From contig JBFHXQ010000001.1 in the NCBI GenBank assembly GCA_041598895.1, positions 1 to 29,468 on the forward strand: 29,468 nucleotides of DNA, read 5' to 3'. Made by a program: the position numbers and the translations under genes. The stretch's first letter is position 1, and the number at the start of each line of letters is the position of its first letter. Positions 21,127-29,468 of the stretch are shown here, piece after piece. Under the pieces are notes generated by a model. That model was not told the DNA's origin. It was given only the letters and a program-made list of their open reading frames with translations, and did no database searches. The DNA is from Woeseiaceae bacterium (lineage in GTDB: Bacteria; Pseudomonadota; Gammaproteobacteria; Steroidobacterales; Woeseiaceae).

Positions 21127-23835
21127 ATGAATCTCGAATTGAGAACCGTACGCTTGCCGCTCGTCCCGGCACTGGCTTTTGCTTCGCTGGCCGTGTCGCC
21201 GGCGCTTAACGCCCAGGGCGCCGCGGAGCAAGGCTACGCGATCGAAGAAATCGTCGTGACCGCGCAAAAGCGCGAGGAAAACCTGCAGGAGGTGCCGATC
21301 TCGATCACTGCCCTGTCCGGCGCGATGATCGAGGACCGGGGCATCAAGAACGTACAGGACCTTTTCACGTCCGCACCGGGCCTGGTCGGCTTCGAGGCCC
21401 CGTCGACGCGCGGTAACGTCTCGATCAACATGCGCGGCATCGGCGGCGGCAGCCCGAACAACATCTCGCTCGATCCGGCCAATGCGGTTTACGTCAACGG
21501 TGTGTATCTCGGCAAGGCGACCGGCCTCGGCGTCGACGCGTTCGACATGGAGCGAATCGAAATTCTGCGTGGACCTCAGGGTACGCTTTATGGCCGCAAC
21601 TCCACCGGCGGCGCGATCAACTTCATCACCCGCAGGCCCGGCGACGAGTTCGGCGCGATGGCGTCGGTCACCGCCGGCAAGTACAGCCTCAAGGAATTCA
21701 AGCTGCGCGTCGATGTGCCGTTTTCGGACACGTTCCTGACGTCATTTTCCGCTCACAGCAGAGAACGCGATCACCTGTACCGCAACACGAACGCCGCTTC
21801 ACCGGGTTTCGAGAACATCGATCGCCAGGGCTTTCGCGCATCGGCCCGCTGGCAGCCGAACGACACGTTTACGGCGGATTACATGTTCGACTTCAGCGAG
21901 ATGGACGAGGATATTCAGGCGCTGCAGGTCGTCGGCTTCAATCCGTTCAGCGCCGGGGTGCTCGCCGCCCCGGGTTTCCCGGCGAACGTCGGCATCCGCA
22001 GCAGCGACCGGATCGCACAGATTGCGGGCTTCCAGCAGTTCCTGCCGTTCCTCGGCCCCGCGTTCTTCGCACCGCAGGTGCAGCAGCTCAACCAGTGGAT
22101 GACCGACTACCTGACCTGGGCGAACGACCAGCTCGGCAACGTCTCATCCCGCAAAGGGCTCATCGGTTCCACGGATACGCAGCACAATTCGAACAACGAA
22201 GTTACCGGTCACGCATTGACGCTTGCGTGGAACTTCGAGGACCTGGGCGCTCTGGGTGACGTCGAGTTCAAGTCGATCACCGGCTACCGTGAAAACGACA
22301 ACACGAACGAATCGGATCTCGACGGCACCGACAACACGCTGCGGCCCGGTCCGGGCGGACTGACGACGGGTATCGTCCACGAGCTCACGCTGCTGACGAT
22401 CGGCGGCCTGTTCTTCGACTCGATTTCGCCGCAGCTTCCGGGCGCGCTCGAATTTGCGATCGGTCAGTCACTGGTGGATGCCATGGTCGCTCGCGGTCGC
22501 GCAGAAACCTTCAACACGTTCATCACGACCGAGTACGAGCAGTTCAGCCAGGAGCTGCAGATGGTCGGCGCCACGGACAGGCTCGATTACGCGATCGGCG
22601 CATTCTATTTCGACGACGACGGCAAGCGTCGCGGCAACAGCACGGCATTGTTCCCGATTGCCAGCACCGAGGTGACCGCGTTCGACAACAGCACGACGGC
22701 CTGGGCGCTGTACTCACAGATGACGTTCAGACCCACCGTCGACAGTCGCTTCTCGATCACCGGCGGGCTGCGCTACACGGAAGAGGAAAAGGACATCACC
22801 TACCTGTGGCGCTCGTCCGCAATCCCCGGCGGCTTTGTCGGCGCTTTCTTCGGCGGCCTGCCACCTTCCGCTGCGTATGCGGACAACTCGCAGGGAGACA
22901 GCCAGCCCGAGGTCGCGGGCATTTTCGGCCGCCAGTTCAGCGAGAAATTCGACAATCTTAGCGGCAAGCTGACGCTCGGCCTCGATTTCACCGACACGAT
23001 CAACGGCTTCGTCACATACTCGACCGGTTATCGCAGTGGCGGCTTCAACGGCGATGCGTTCAATGCGGTCGACGATACGGCCGATTCCTTCAACGAGGAA
23101 ACGATCGAAAACTTCGAGGTCGGTATCAAGTCGGACCTATTTGACGGGCGCGTGCGCCTTAACGCGACCTACTTCGACTATACGTACGAAGACCTGCAGG
23201 TTTCGACGCTGCTTGCCCGGCCTGACGGTACCGTCACGAGCAACACCGATAACGCCGGTGAAGCGGAGCGCGACGGCTTCGAGCTCGAGCTGGCGATACT
23301 CCCGCTCGAAAATCTGCTGTTTTCGCTGAACTACACCCTGACCGACGGCGACTTCACGAAGTTCCCGCCACGTGTCGCACCGGCGCCGGGCGGCGGCTTC
23401 AATACGCTCGAAACGACGAACCTGGCTAAGCGCACGATGATGCCGGACAACCAGCTCGCGTTTAATCTCGACTGGACGATTGCCGAGTCCAAGTACGGCC
23501 TGTGGCAGCTGAACGTCAACGGCGCCTGGCAGGAAGAGGCGCAGCCGATCTCGATCAATGGCGCAACCTACGACACGAATGGCGACGGCATTCCGGAGAC
23601 GCCAATTGTCTACCAGCAGCTGAACAACGACGAACGCACGGTGCTGAATGCCCGGCTCGCGGTCAACGAGATTCCGGTCGGCGACGGCACGCTCAGTATC
23701 GGGCTGTGGGGGCGCAACCTGACGAACGACGATTATCGGGCGTTTTCGTTCAACTACGGCGCTGCACTTGGGTTGAGTGTCGCGCAGTACGGCGAGCCGA
23801 TTACGTACGGCCTGGACCTGATCTTCCGCTACTAG
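21127..23835 (+). CDS. TonB-dependent outer-membrane receptor, 902 aa
   Basis: Signal peptide, TonB box EEIVVTA, plug motif ERIEILRGPQGTLYGRNSTGGAIN, YSTGYRSGGFN, C-terminal YGEPITYGLDLIFRY. ATG 21127 has a GGGGGA RBS. Confidence 0.95.
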   Translation: MNLELRTVRLPLVPALAFASLAVSPALNAQGAAEQGYAIEEIVVTAQKREENLQEVPISITALSGAMIEDRGIKNVQDLFTSAPGLVGFEAPSTRGNVSINMRGIGGGSPNNISLDPANAVYVNGVYLGKATGLGVDAFDMERIEILRGPQGTLYGRNSTGGAINFITRRPGDEFGAMASVTAGKYSLKEFKLRVDVPFSDTFLTSFSAHSRERDHLYRNTNAASPGFENIDRQGFRASARWQPNDTFTADYMFDFSEMDEDIQALQVVGFNPFSAGVLAAPGFPANVGIRSSDRIAQIAGFQQFLPFLGPAFFAPQVQQLNQWMTDYLTWANDQLGNVSSRKGLIGSTDTQHNSNNEVTGHALTLAWNFEDLGALGDVEFKSITGYRENDNTNESDLDGTDNTLRPGPGGLTTGIVHELTLLTIGGLFFDSISPQLPGALEFAIGQSLVDAMVARGRAETFNTFITTEYEQFSQELQMVGATDRLDYAIGAFYFDDDGKRRGNSTALFPIASTEVTAFDNSTTAWALYSQMTFRPTVDSRFSITGGLRYTEEEKDITYLWRSSAIPGGFVGAFFGGLPPSAAYADNSQGDSQPEVAGIFGRQFSEKFDNLSGKLTLGLDFTDTINGFVTYSTGYRSGGFNGDAFNAVDDTADSFNEETIENFEVGIKSDLFDGRVRLNATYFDYTYEDLQVSTLLARPDGTVTSNTDNAGEAERDGFELELAILPLENLLFSLNYTLTDGDFTKFPPRVAPAPGGGFNTLETTNLAKRTMMPDNQLAFNLDWTIAESKYGLWQLNVNGAWQEEAQPISINGATYDTNGDGIPETPIVYQQLNNDERTVLNARLAVNEIPVGDGTLSIGLWGRNLTNDDYRAFSFNYGAALGLSVAQYGEPITYGLDLIFRY

Positions 23836-23842
23836 CAGCCAT

Positions 23843-23878
23843 ATGAAAAAGTCTCAGCCGGTTTCAACTTGCCGCTAG
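23843..23878 (+). other. Possible 11-aa leader-peptide ORF (MKKSQPVSTCR*)
   Basis: ATG...TAG; the stop codon overlaps the 5' arm of the hairpin at 23877-23895. No clear RBS. Confidence 0.2.
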
Positions 23879-23929
23879 CCCGCAACAGGCGGGCTTGGCG
23901 ATCGACACGGTCGCAGGTATTCATTGATG

Positions 23930-23958
23930 AGCCGGCCCCTCGGGGCCGGCTTTTTTTT
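23930..23958 (+). terminator. Strong intrinsic terminator downstream of the TBDR, 14 nt upstream of the MFS start
   Basis: Stem AGCCGGCCC / GGGCCGGCT with loop CTCG, followed by a T8 run (23951-23958). Confidence 0.9.
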
Positions 23959-23972
23959 CAAAGGCCCAAGAT

Positions 23973-25319
23973 GTGAGCAGAAACGTGACCGTATCCAGAG
24001 CGCACGCCCACTATGCGCTCGGGCTGCTGACGGTCACGTACGTCTTCAATTTCCTCGACCGCCAGCTGCTGGCAATCCTCGTCGAACCGATCAAGGCGGA
24101 GTTCGGTGCGAGCGACACCGCTATGGGCATGCTGTACGGCTTCGCGTTCGCGTTGTTCTACGCAACGCTCGCCATCCCGGTCGCCGCGCTTGCGGATCGC
24201 AGCGTGCGCCGCAATATTCTCGCTTACGCCGCCGGACTGTGGAGCCTGATGACGGTTCTGTGCGGTTTCGCAGCCAGCTTCTGGCAGCTGCTCCTCGTGC
24301 GCATCGGCGTGGCCGTCGGCGAGGCCGGTGGCGTGCCGCCGTCGCAGTCGCTGGTCAACGATTACTACCCGCCGGATCAGCGCGCGTTTGCGATGGCCGT
24401 GTTCTCGAGCGCGACGTTTATCGGCACGCTGGTTGCGCTCGTCGGCGGCGCCTACATCGCACAGACGTTCAGCTGGCGCACGGCGTTCATCGTGGTCGGC
24501 GCGCCGGGCCTGCTGCTCGCAGTGTTGATCCGTCTGACGATTCGGGAGCCGGCGCGCGGCGCCTGGGACCGGAGCCCGCCACAGAACGCAGCAGAAACCC
24601 AGAGCATGTTCGAGACGATCGCCGGCATGTGGAAACTCTCCGCGATGCGCTATGCCGTGCTCGGCTGCGCGTTCGCCGGCATGGCCGGCTACGGCATCGG
24701 CTACTGGACACCGAGCTTCCTGATTCGCGTATACGGTATGACGCTGGTCGAGGCCGGCACGATGGTCGGTCTGGTCGGGGCAAGCATCGGTCTTGTCGGC
24801 TCGCTGTTCGGTGGCTGGCTCTGTGATCGACTGAGCAAGATTGACGAGAAATGGCGGCTGCTGGTGCCCGTGCTGAGCCTGCTGCTGTCGCTGCCGCTGA
24901 TGAGCCTGTTTTTCGTCTGGCCTGCGGATCAGGTCTTCCATGTCGGAGGGCTGAAGCTTCCCAGTGCGATCGCGATCTATGCCGCCGCCGGGTTCGTCGG
25001 CAGCTGGTGGGCCGCGCCGACCTACGTTGTCGTGCAGGCGCTCGTGCCGCCCGGGCAGCGCACGCTCGCCTGCGCAGTACTGCTCCTTTTTATGAATCTG
25101 ATCGGCTTCGGCCTGGGGCCCGTCCTGATCGGCGTGCTGTCGGACCTGTTGCAGCCGGCCCTTGGCGCCGGCTCGATCCGCTACGCGTTACTGATCGGCA
25201 TGGTGACCTATGTCGCGGGGGCTGCGTGTTATTTCCTGGCCAGTCGCAGGTATAAGGACCAGATGTACGAACGCCGTCCGGACAGCGCGGTAAGCGCCGC
25301 GCCGGGGCGGGCGTCGTAA
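23973..25319 (+). CDS. Spinster-family MFS transporter, 448 aa
   Basis: NFLDRQLLAILVEPIKAEF, LADRSVRRNIL, RIGVAVGEAG, DYYPPDQR; 12-TM hydrophobicity pattern; AAGG 8 nt before GTG. Confidence 0.9.
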   Translation: MSRNVTVSRAHAHYALGLLTVTYVFNFLDRQLLAILVEPIKAEFGASDTAMGMLYGFAFALFYATLAIPVAALADRSVRRNILAYAAGLWSLMTVLCGFAASFWQLLLVRIGVAVGEAGGVPPSQSLVNDYYPPDQRAFAMAVFSSATFIGTLVALVGGAYIAQTFSWRTAFIVVGAPGLLLAVLIRLTIREPARGAWDRSPPQNAAETQSMFETIAGMWKLSAMRYAVLGCAFAGMAGYGIGYWTPSFLIRVYGMTLVEAGTMVGLVGASIGLVGSLFGGWLCDRLSKIDEKWRLLVPVLSLLLSLPLMSLFFVWPADQVFHVGGLKLPSAIAIYAAAGFVGSWWAAPTYVVVQALVPPGQRTLACAVLLLFMNLIGFGLGPVLIGVLSDLLQPALGAGSIRYALLIGMVTYVAGAACYFLASRRYKDQMYERRPDSAVSAAPGRAS

Positions 25320-25428
25320 CCGGGTAGAATGCAGTGGATCGTATGTCCTGATACCGCTCGGCCGAAGCGTATTTTGAAAAACGTCTAATCGCGAAACGCG
25401 ACAGAATAATTGCAAGCAGAGTATTGCC

Positions 25429-27132
25429 ATGACTGAATCCATCGTCGATCGCCTGACTGCAAAGGGCGCACCGTTCGAATTCGAGACGGTCAGCGTGCGC
25501 GGCACCCGGTGCCGGGTATTCAAAAATACGCCGCCCTATCTCAGCACGCTGTATGCCAATCTCGACGTCTTCTCGGACCGGATCTTCGCCGTGTACGAAG
25601 GTCGCCGCCTGAGTTACGCGGACGTGATCGCGCAGGCGGCGACGCTGGCCGCTCACCTTCGCGAACACCACGACATCGGCCGCGGCAGCCGCGTCGCGAT
25701 CGTGATGCGCAATGCCCCGGAGTGGGTGGTTGCATTCCTGGCCATAACGTCGCTCGGCGGCGTGGCGGTTCTCGTCAACAGCCGCGGCACCGCGGACGAC
25801 ATTGCCTACTGCCTGACGTCCACGAAATGCGACCTGGCGATCGCCGACCGGCGCTGCGCCGGTGGTCTCGGCAATACCGAAGCTGCCGAGCTGCCTTGCC
25901 TGGTCACCGACGTGCCCGTTGCCGGGGAAACCGGCAGCGGCTCTCTCGACGAGATTCTCGCGACGGCCAGCGCGGGACAGCTCGAACATACCGAGTGCGC
26001 CCCGGAAGACCCGGCCCTGATCCTGTTTACATCGGGCACGACGGGCCACCCGAAGGGTGCATTGCTGACACACCGCGGCGTCATGACCGCGCTCCGGACC
26101 AACGAATTCTCGAACGCGCTGATCGGCGCACAGATGGCAGCGCGCTACGGCATCGATCTCGAAACGCTGGCGGCAAACCGGCCGCAGCCCAGCACGCTGC
26201 TGATGTTTCCGCTGTTTCACGTCAGCGGCTGCCACTCCGTGCTGCTGCCGGCGCTCGTGCAGGGCGGCAAGATCGTGTTCATGCGGCGCTGGAACGCGGA
26301 GGACGCGCTCAGGCTCGTCGAGACCGAGAAGATCACGACGTTTCCGGGCGTTCCGACGATGCATTGGGACCTGCTGCAGGTCGCGGATCGCGACAAATAC
26401 GATCTGACATCGATGTCCGCGCTGTCGATCGGCGGGCAGGCGACGCCGGTACCATTGCTCGAAGCGCTGCAGCAGGCGTTTCCGTCCGCCGTGATCGGCA
26501 CGGGATACGGTATGACCGAGACGAACGGTGCGATCACGATGACGATCGGCGATGAATTCATCGCGGATCCGAAGAGCTGCGGCAAGGCCGTTGCGACGAC
26601 CGATATTCGAATGCTCGGGGATGACGGAGAGTGGGCCGATGACGGTGAACCCGGCGAAATCTGCGTGCGCGGCGCCACGGTCATGGCGGGCTACGACAAT
26701 CGTCCGGAGGCGAACGCGGAAGCGTTCCGGGACGGCTGGTTTCGCACCGGCGACGTCGGCTACTTCGACTCGGCGCAACGCCTGTACATCGTCGACCGGC
26801 AGACAGATATGGTCATTTCAGGAGGCGAGAACATTTACTGCGCGGAAGTCGAACGAGTCTGTTCCGAGCATCCCGCGGTACTGGAGGTCGCCACGTTCGG
26901 CGTGCCGGATGACCGGCTCGGCGAAAAACTGATCGGCATGCTGAGGCTTCGCGACGGTCACGCGACGCGGGTTGCCGACATCAGGTCGTATCTCGAAGCC
27001 AACCTCGCGGCGTACAAGGTGCCGAAAGACATACTGATCGTCGACGAGCCGCTGCCGCGCAATCCGGCAGGCAAGGTGCTGAAGCCCGTGCTGCGCGAGC
27101 AGTACCGGTCGAGCCAGGTGCGCACGCTATGA
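25429..27132 (+). CDS. Acyl-CoA synthetase (class I adenylate-forming, FadD-like), 567 aa
   Basis: FTSGTTGHPKG P-loop, GYGMTETNG, GWFRTGDVG, DMVISGGENIY, PRNPAGKVLK. Confidence 0.93.
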   Translation: MTESIVDRLTAKGAPFEFETVSVRGTRCRVFKNTPPYLSTLYANLDVFSDRIFAVYEGRRLSYADVIAQAATLAAHLREHHDIGRGSRVAIVMRNAPEWVVAFLAITSLGGVAVLVNSRGTADDIAYCLTSTKCDLAIADRRCAGGLGNTEAAELPCLVTDVPVAGETGSGSLDEILATASAGQLEHTECAPEDPALILFTSGTTGHPKGALLTHRGVMTALRTNEFSNALIGAQMAARYGIDLETLAANRPQPSTLLMFPLFHVSGCHSVLLPALVQGGKIVFMRRWNAEDALRLVETEKITTFPGVPTMHWDLLQVADRDKYDLTSMSALSIGGQATPVPLLEALQQAFPSAVIGTGYGMTETNGAITMTIGDEFIADPKSCGKAVATTDIRMLGDDGEWADDGEPGEICVRGATVMAGYDNRPEANAEAFRDGWFRTGDVGYFDSAQRLYIVDRQTDMVISGGENIYCAEVERVCSEHPAVLEVATFGVPDDRLGEKLIGMLRLRDGHATRVADIRSYLEANLAAYKVPKDILIVDEPLPRNPAGKVLKPVLREQYRSSQVRTL

Positions 27133-28301
27133 CCATCATGGAACAGTGGCGTCGCGGGAGCCCGCATTTTTCCGACAGTCACGAGCAGTGGGCCGAGACC
27201 GTGCGCCGTTTCGTCGACGCCGAAATCGCGCCGCATATCGACGCCTGGGAAGCCGCGGGCGAGCTGCCGCGCGCGCTGCACAGGAAAGCCGCCGAGGTCG
27301 GCATCCTGGGACTCGGCTTTCCGGAGGAGTACGGCGGGATCAGCGACGGCATCGATCGCTTTCACGGCATGGTCACGGCGCAGGAGTTGGCGCAGGTCGG
27401 CGCAGGCGGTCTGCTTGCAGGCCTGATGGTCCACGCCGTCGGACTGACGCCGATCCTGACGCTCGGCGATGCGGCGATCAGGCAGCGCATCGCGCCGGCG
27501 GTGCTGTCCGGCGACAAGCTCATATCGCTGGCGGTAACCGAAACCTCCGGCGGCTCGGATGTCAGTCAGCTCAGGACAAAGGGCGAACTGAAGGGCGATC
27601 ACTACGTCGTGAACGGATCGAAAACGTTCATCACGGGCGGCATGCGCTCGGATTATTTTACCGTTGCCGTGCGCACGGCCGGCGACGGGCCGCAAGGGCT
27701 CAGCCTGCTGTTACTGGAAGCCGACATGGACGGCCTCGAGCGCACCAAGCTCGACAAGATGGGCTGGCACTGCTCGGATACGGCGACGCTGTACTTCGAC
27801 AACGTGAAGGTGCCGGTCGAAAACCGCATCGGTCCGGACGGCGGCGCGTTTCTCGCGATGATGACGAACTTCAACGGCGAGCGCCTCGGCATCGCCAGCA
27901 CGTCCACCGCGTTTGCGAGCGTGTGTCTCGAGGAAGCGCTGGACTGGGCCCGCGAGCGCGAGACGTTCGGCAAAAAGCTGATCTCGCGGCAGGTCATTCA
28001 GCACAAGTTCGCCGAAATGCTGCGCAAGATTTACGCGTGCATGGCCTGGATCGAGCGCGCGACCGTCGAATTCGAAAAGGGCCGCGACAACGGCGCCGAG
28101 CTGGCGCTGCTCAAGGTACAGGCGACGCGCACGCTGGAATTCTGCGCCCGCGAAGCGGCACAGGTCATGGGCGGCGCGAGCTACATGCGGGGCTGCCGCG
28201 TGGAACGTATCTATCGCGAGGTGCGCGCGAATGCGATCAGCGGCGGCTCCGAGGAAGTGATGCTGGAATTCGCGGCGCGCCAGTTCGGGTTGACGAAATA
28301 A
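27129..28301 (+). CDS. Acyl-CoA dehydrogenase, LCAD/FadE13-like homomeric type, 390 aa
   Basis: LAVTETSGGSD, NGSKTFITGG, LDKMGWHCSDTA, NFNGERL (LCAD-position Glu), ISGGSEE; ATGA overlap with the ligase. Confidence 0.92.
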   Translation: MTIMEQWRRGSPHFSDSHEQWAETVRRFVDAEIAPHIDAWEAAGELPRALHRKAAEVGILGLGFPEEYGGISDGIDRFHGMVTAQELAQVGAGGLLAGLMVHAVGLTPILTLGDAAIRQRIAPAVLSGDKLISLAVTETSGGSDVSQLRTKGELKGDHYVVNGSKTFITGGMRSDYFTVAVRTAGDGPQGLSLLLLEADMDGLERTKLDKMGWHCSDTATLYFDNVKVPVENRIGPDGGAFLAMMTNFNGERLGIASTSTAFASVCLEEALDWARERETFGKKLISRQVIQHKFAEMLRKIYACMAWIERATVEFEKGRDNGAELALLKVQATRTLEFCAREAAQVMGGASYMRGCRVERIYREVRANAISGGSEEVMLEFAARQFGLTK

Positions 28302-28303
28302 GG

Positions 28304-29467
28304 CTAACGATACTCTGCGCGAATCGCATCCGATATCTTTTCCGCAATCATTACGATCGGGGCATTCGTATTACCCGACGTAATTGACGGCATCACGGAT
28401 CCGTCGACAACGCGCAAACGATCGACGCCGCGTACTTTCAGATCGCAGTCGACGACCGACGTCTCGTCGCTGCCCATGCGGCAGGAACCGACCGGATGAT
28501 AGCCCGTATGGCTGTAACGCCGCATTGCGTCAATATAGACGTCGTCGCTATCGTCGCCGCCATCCGGCAGCACCCGGCTGTCGACATGTGCAGCGAGCGG
28601 ATCGGTCTCGGCAATCGTTTGCGCCAGCCGCATGCCGCGCAGCAGCACCTGCACGTCGTACGGATCGCTGAGGCAGTTCATCGTGATCTTCGGCAGCTCA
28701 GTCGGGTCCGGCGAGCCGATCGTGACGCTGCCGCGTGATTTCGGTCGCGTGGGGTACGGCATCATCGTCAGTCCAGGCAGTTTGTCGATCGCCATTTGCG
28801 CATTTTCGTTCTCCGCCTCGACATCGCCCGTGACCGCGAGGCAGTGGTATTGCAGATCCGGCCGACCGCCCTGGCCGCTGCTGTCCGTGAAGATGCCGAC
28901 GGCGGCGGCCGGCATCGCCATGACGCCGCGCCGCGACAGGAAGTAGCGCAGCGCCTCCAGCACGATCAGCGGAAACCGGAGTTTGCGATTCAGACTGTCG
29001 CGCCTGTTCCTGAGGCGCCAGGCCATCGGCACGCCGGTGTGATCGTGCAGGTTCGACCCCACCTCCGGACTGTCCGCGAGCACATCGATACCGAGCCCAC
29101 TGAGGAGTCGCCCGGGCCCGATTCCGGAGAGCTGCAGCAGCTGCGGTGACTGAAACGCGCCGGCGCTGAGTATCACTTCCCGTTTTGCACGCAATGTGCG
29201 CGCTTCGCGACCCTGACGGACGACAACGGCGGCCGCGCGTTTTTCCTCGAACACGACGTGCTCCGCGCACGCGCCCGTCAACACCGTCAGATTGTCCCGC
29301 GCACGGGCCGGGTCGAGGTACGCATTCGCGCAGGACCAGCGCCTGCCGTCTTTCATCGTCGCCTGGTAGCAACCGATGCCTTCCTGCGTGGTGCCGTTGA
29401 AATCGTCGTTTAGCGGAATGCCGATATTCGTGCCCGCGACGATGAGCGCTTCCTCGATCGGATGCGA
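28304..29467 (-). CDS. GMC-family flavoprotein oxidoreductase (choline/alcohol dehydrogenase-like), 5' end truncated by the window
   Basis: The frame is open to the window edge (SHPIEEALIVAGTNIGIPLNDDFNGTTQEGIG...); EVILSAGAFQSPQLLQLSGIG, VGSNLHDH, YHPVGSCRMG, VVDGSVMP and GNTNAP. Confidence 0.92.
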   Translation of the reverse strand, partial: SHPIEEALIVAGTNIGIPLNDDFNGTTQEGIGCYQATMKDGRRWSCANAYLDPARARDNLTVLTGACAEHVVFEEKRAAAVVVRQGREARTLRAKREVILSAGAFQSPQLLQLSGIGPGRLLSGLGIDVLADSPEVGSNLHDHTGVPMAWRLRNRRDSLNRKLRFPLIVLEALRYFLSRRGVMAMPAAAVGIFTDSSGQGGRPDLQYHCLAVTGDVEAENENAQMAIDKLPGLTMMPYPTRPKSRGSVTIGSPDPTELPKITMNCLSDPYDVQVLLRGMRLAQTIAETDPLAAHVDSRVLPDGGDDSDDVYIDAMRRYSHTGYHPVGSCRMGSDETSVVDCDLKVRGVDRLRVVDGSVMPSITSGNTNAPIVMIAEKISDAIRAEYR

Positions 29468-29468
29468 A

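Noticed and set aside
28304-29467. Calling the GMC enzyme cholesterol oxidase or BetA
   Set aside because: Only generic GMC motifs are visible and the N-terminus is outside the window.
1-29468. CRISPR array, tRNA/rRNA, transposase, integrase or prophage genes
   Set aside because: No regularly spaced repeats, RNA gene signatures or mobile-element protein motifs found; nearly all sequence is explained by metabolic CDSs.

Overview
High-GC (about 65% in hand-counted coding lines) bacterial window, almost certainly from a diderm because it encodes a TonB-dependent receptor; probably a proteobacterium. It reads as four blocks. (1) 1-1330: lower-GC edge with two small membrane-protein ORFs flanked by degenerate G[TA]C[CT]GC-N12 repeats, then a VOC/glyoxalase gene. 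(2) 1337-13093: steroid-catabolism island with a KshA-like Rieske oxygenase, TetR regulator, flavin reductase-MarR fusion, two SDRs, PaaI thioesterase, KstD-like dehydrogenase, FadE26/FadE27-type heteromeric acyl-CoA dehydrogenase, stand-alone DUF35 protein, Ltp2-type retro-aldolase and a hemerythrin carrying an unexplained C-terminal domain. Two near-identical 29-bp palindromes (AATTTTGCA-N7-TGCAAAATT, each centred on a TATAAT) sit at the promoters of three of its transcription units. (3) 13097-20873: a neutral-lipid (TAG/wax ester) operon (HAD-PlsC, PlsB, WS/DGAT, GpsA) plus a membrane-anchored HSL-family esterase; several of these proteins end in Lys/Arg-rich tails. (4) 21127-29468: TonB-dependent receptor, attenuator-like intergenic region, spinster-type MFS transporter, acyl-CoA ligase, acyl-CoA dehydrogenase and a truncated GMC oxidoreductase. 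No rRNA, tRNA, CRISPR array, transposase or integrase was recognised. The most promising novel signals are the non-KstR operator/TetR regulon, the hemerythrin with a possible phasin-like domain co-transcribed with the aldolase, the basic tails on lipid-droplet enzymes, and the overall uptake-degrade-store layout. All family assignments come from motifs and remembered reference sequences, not from database searches.
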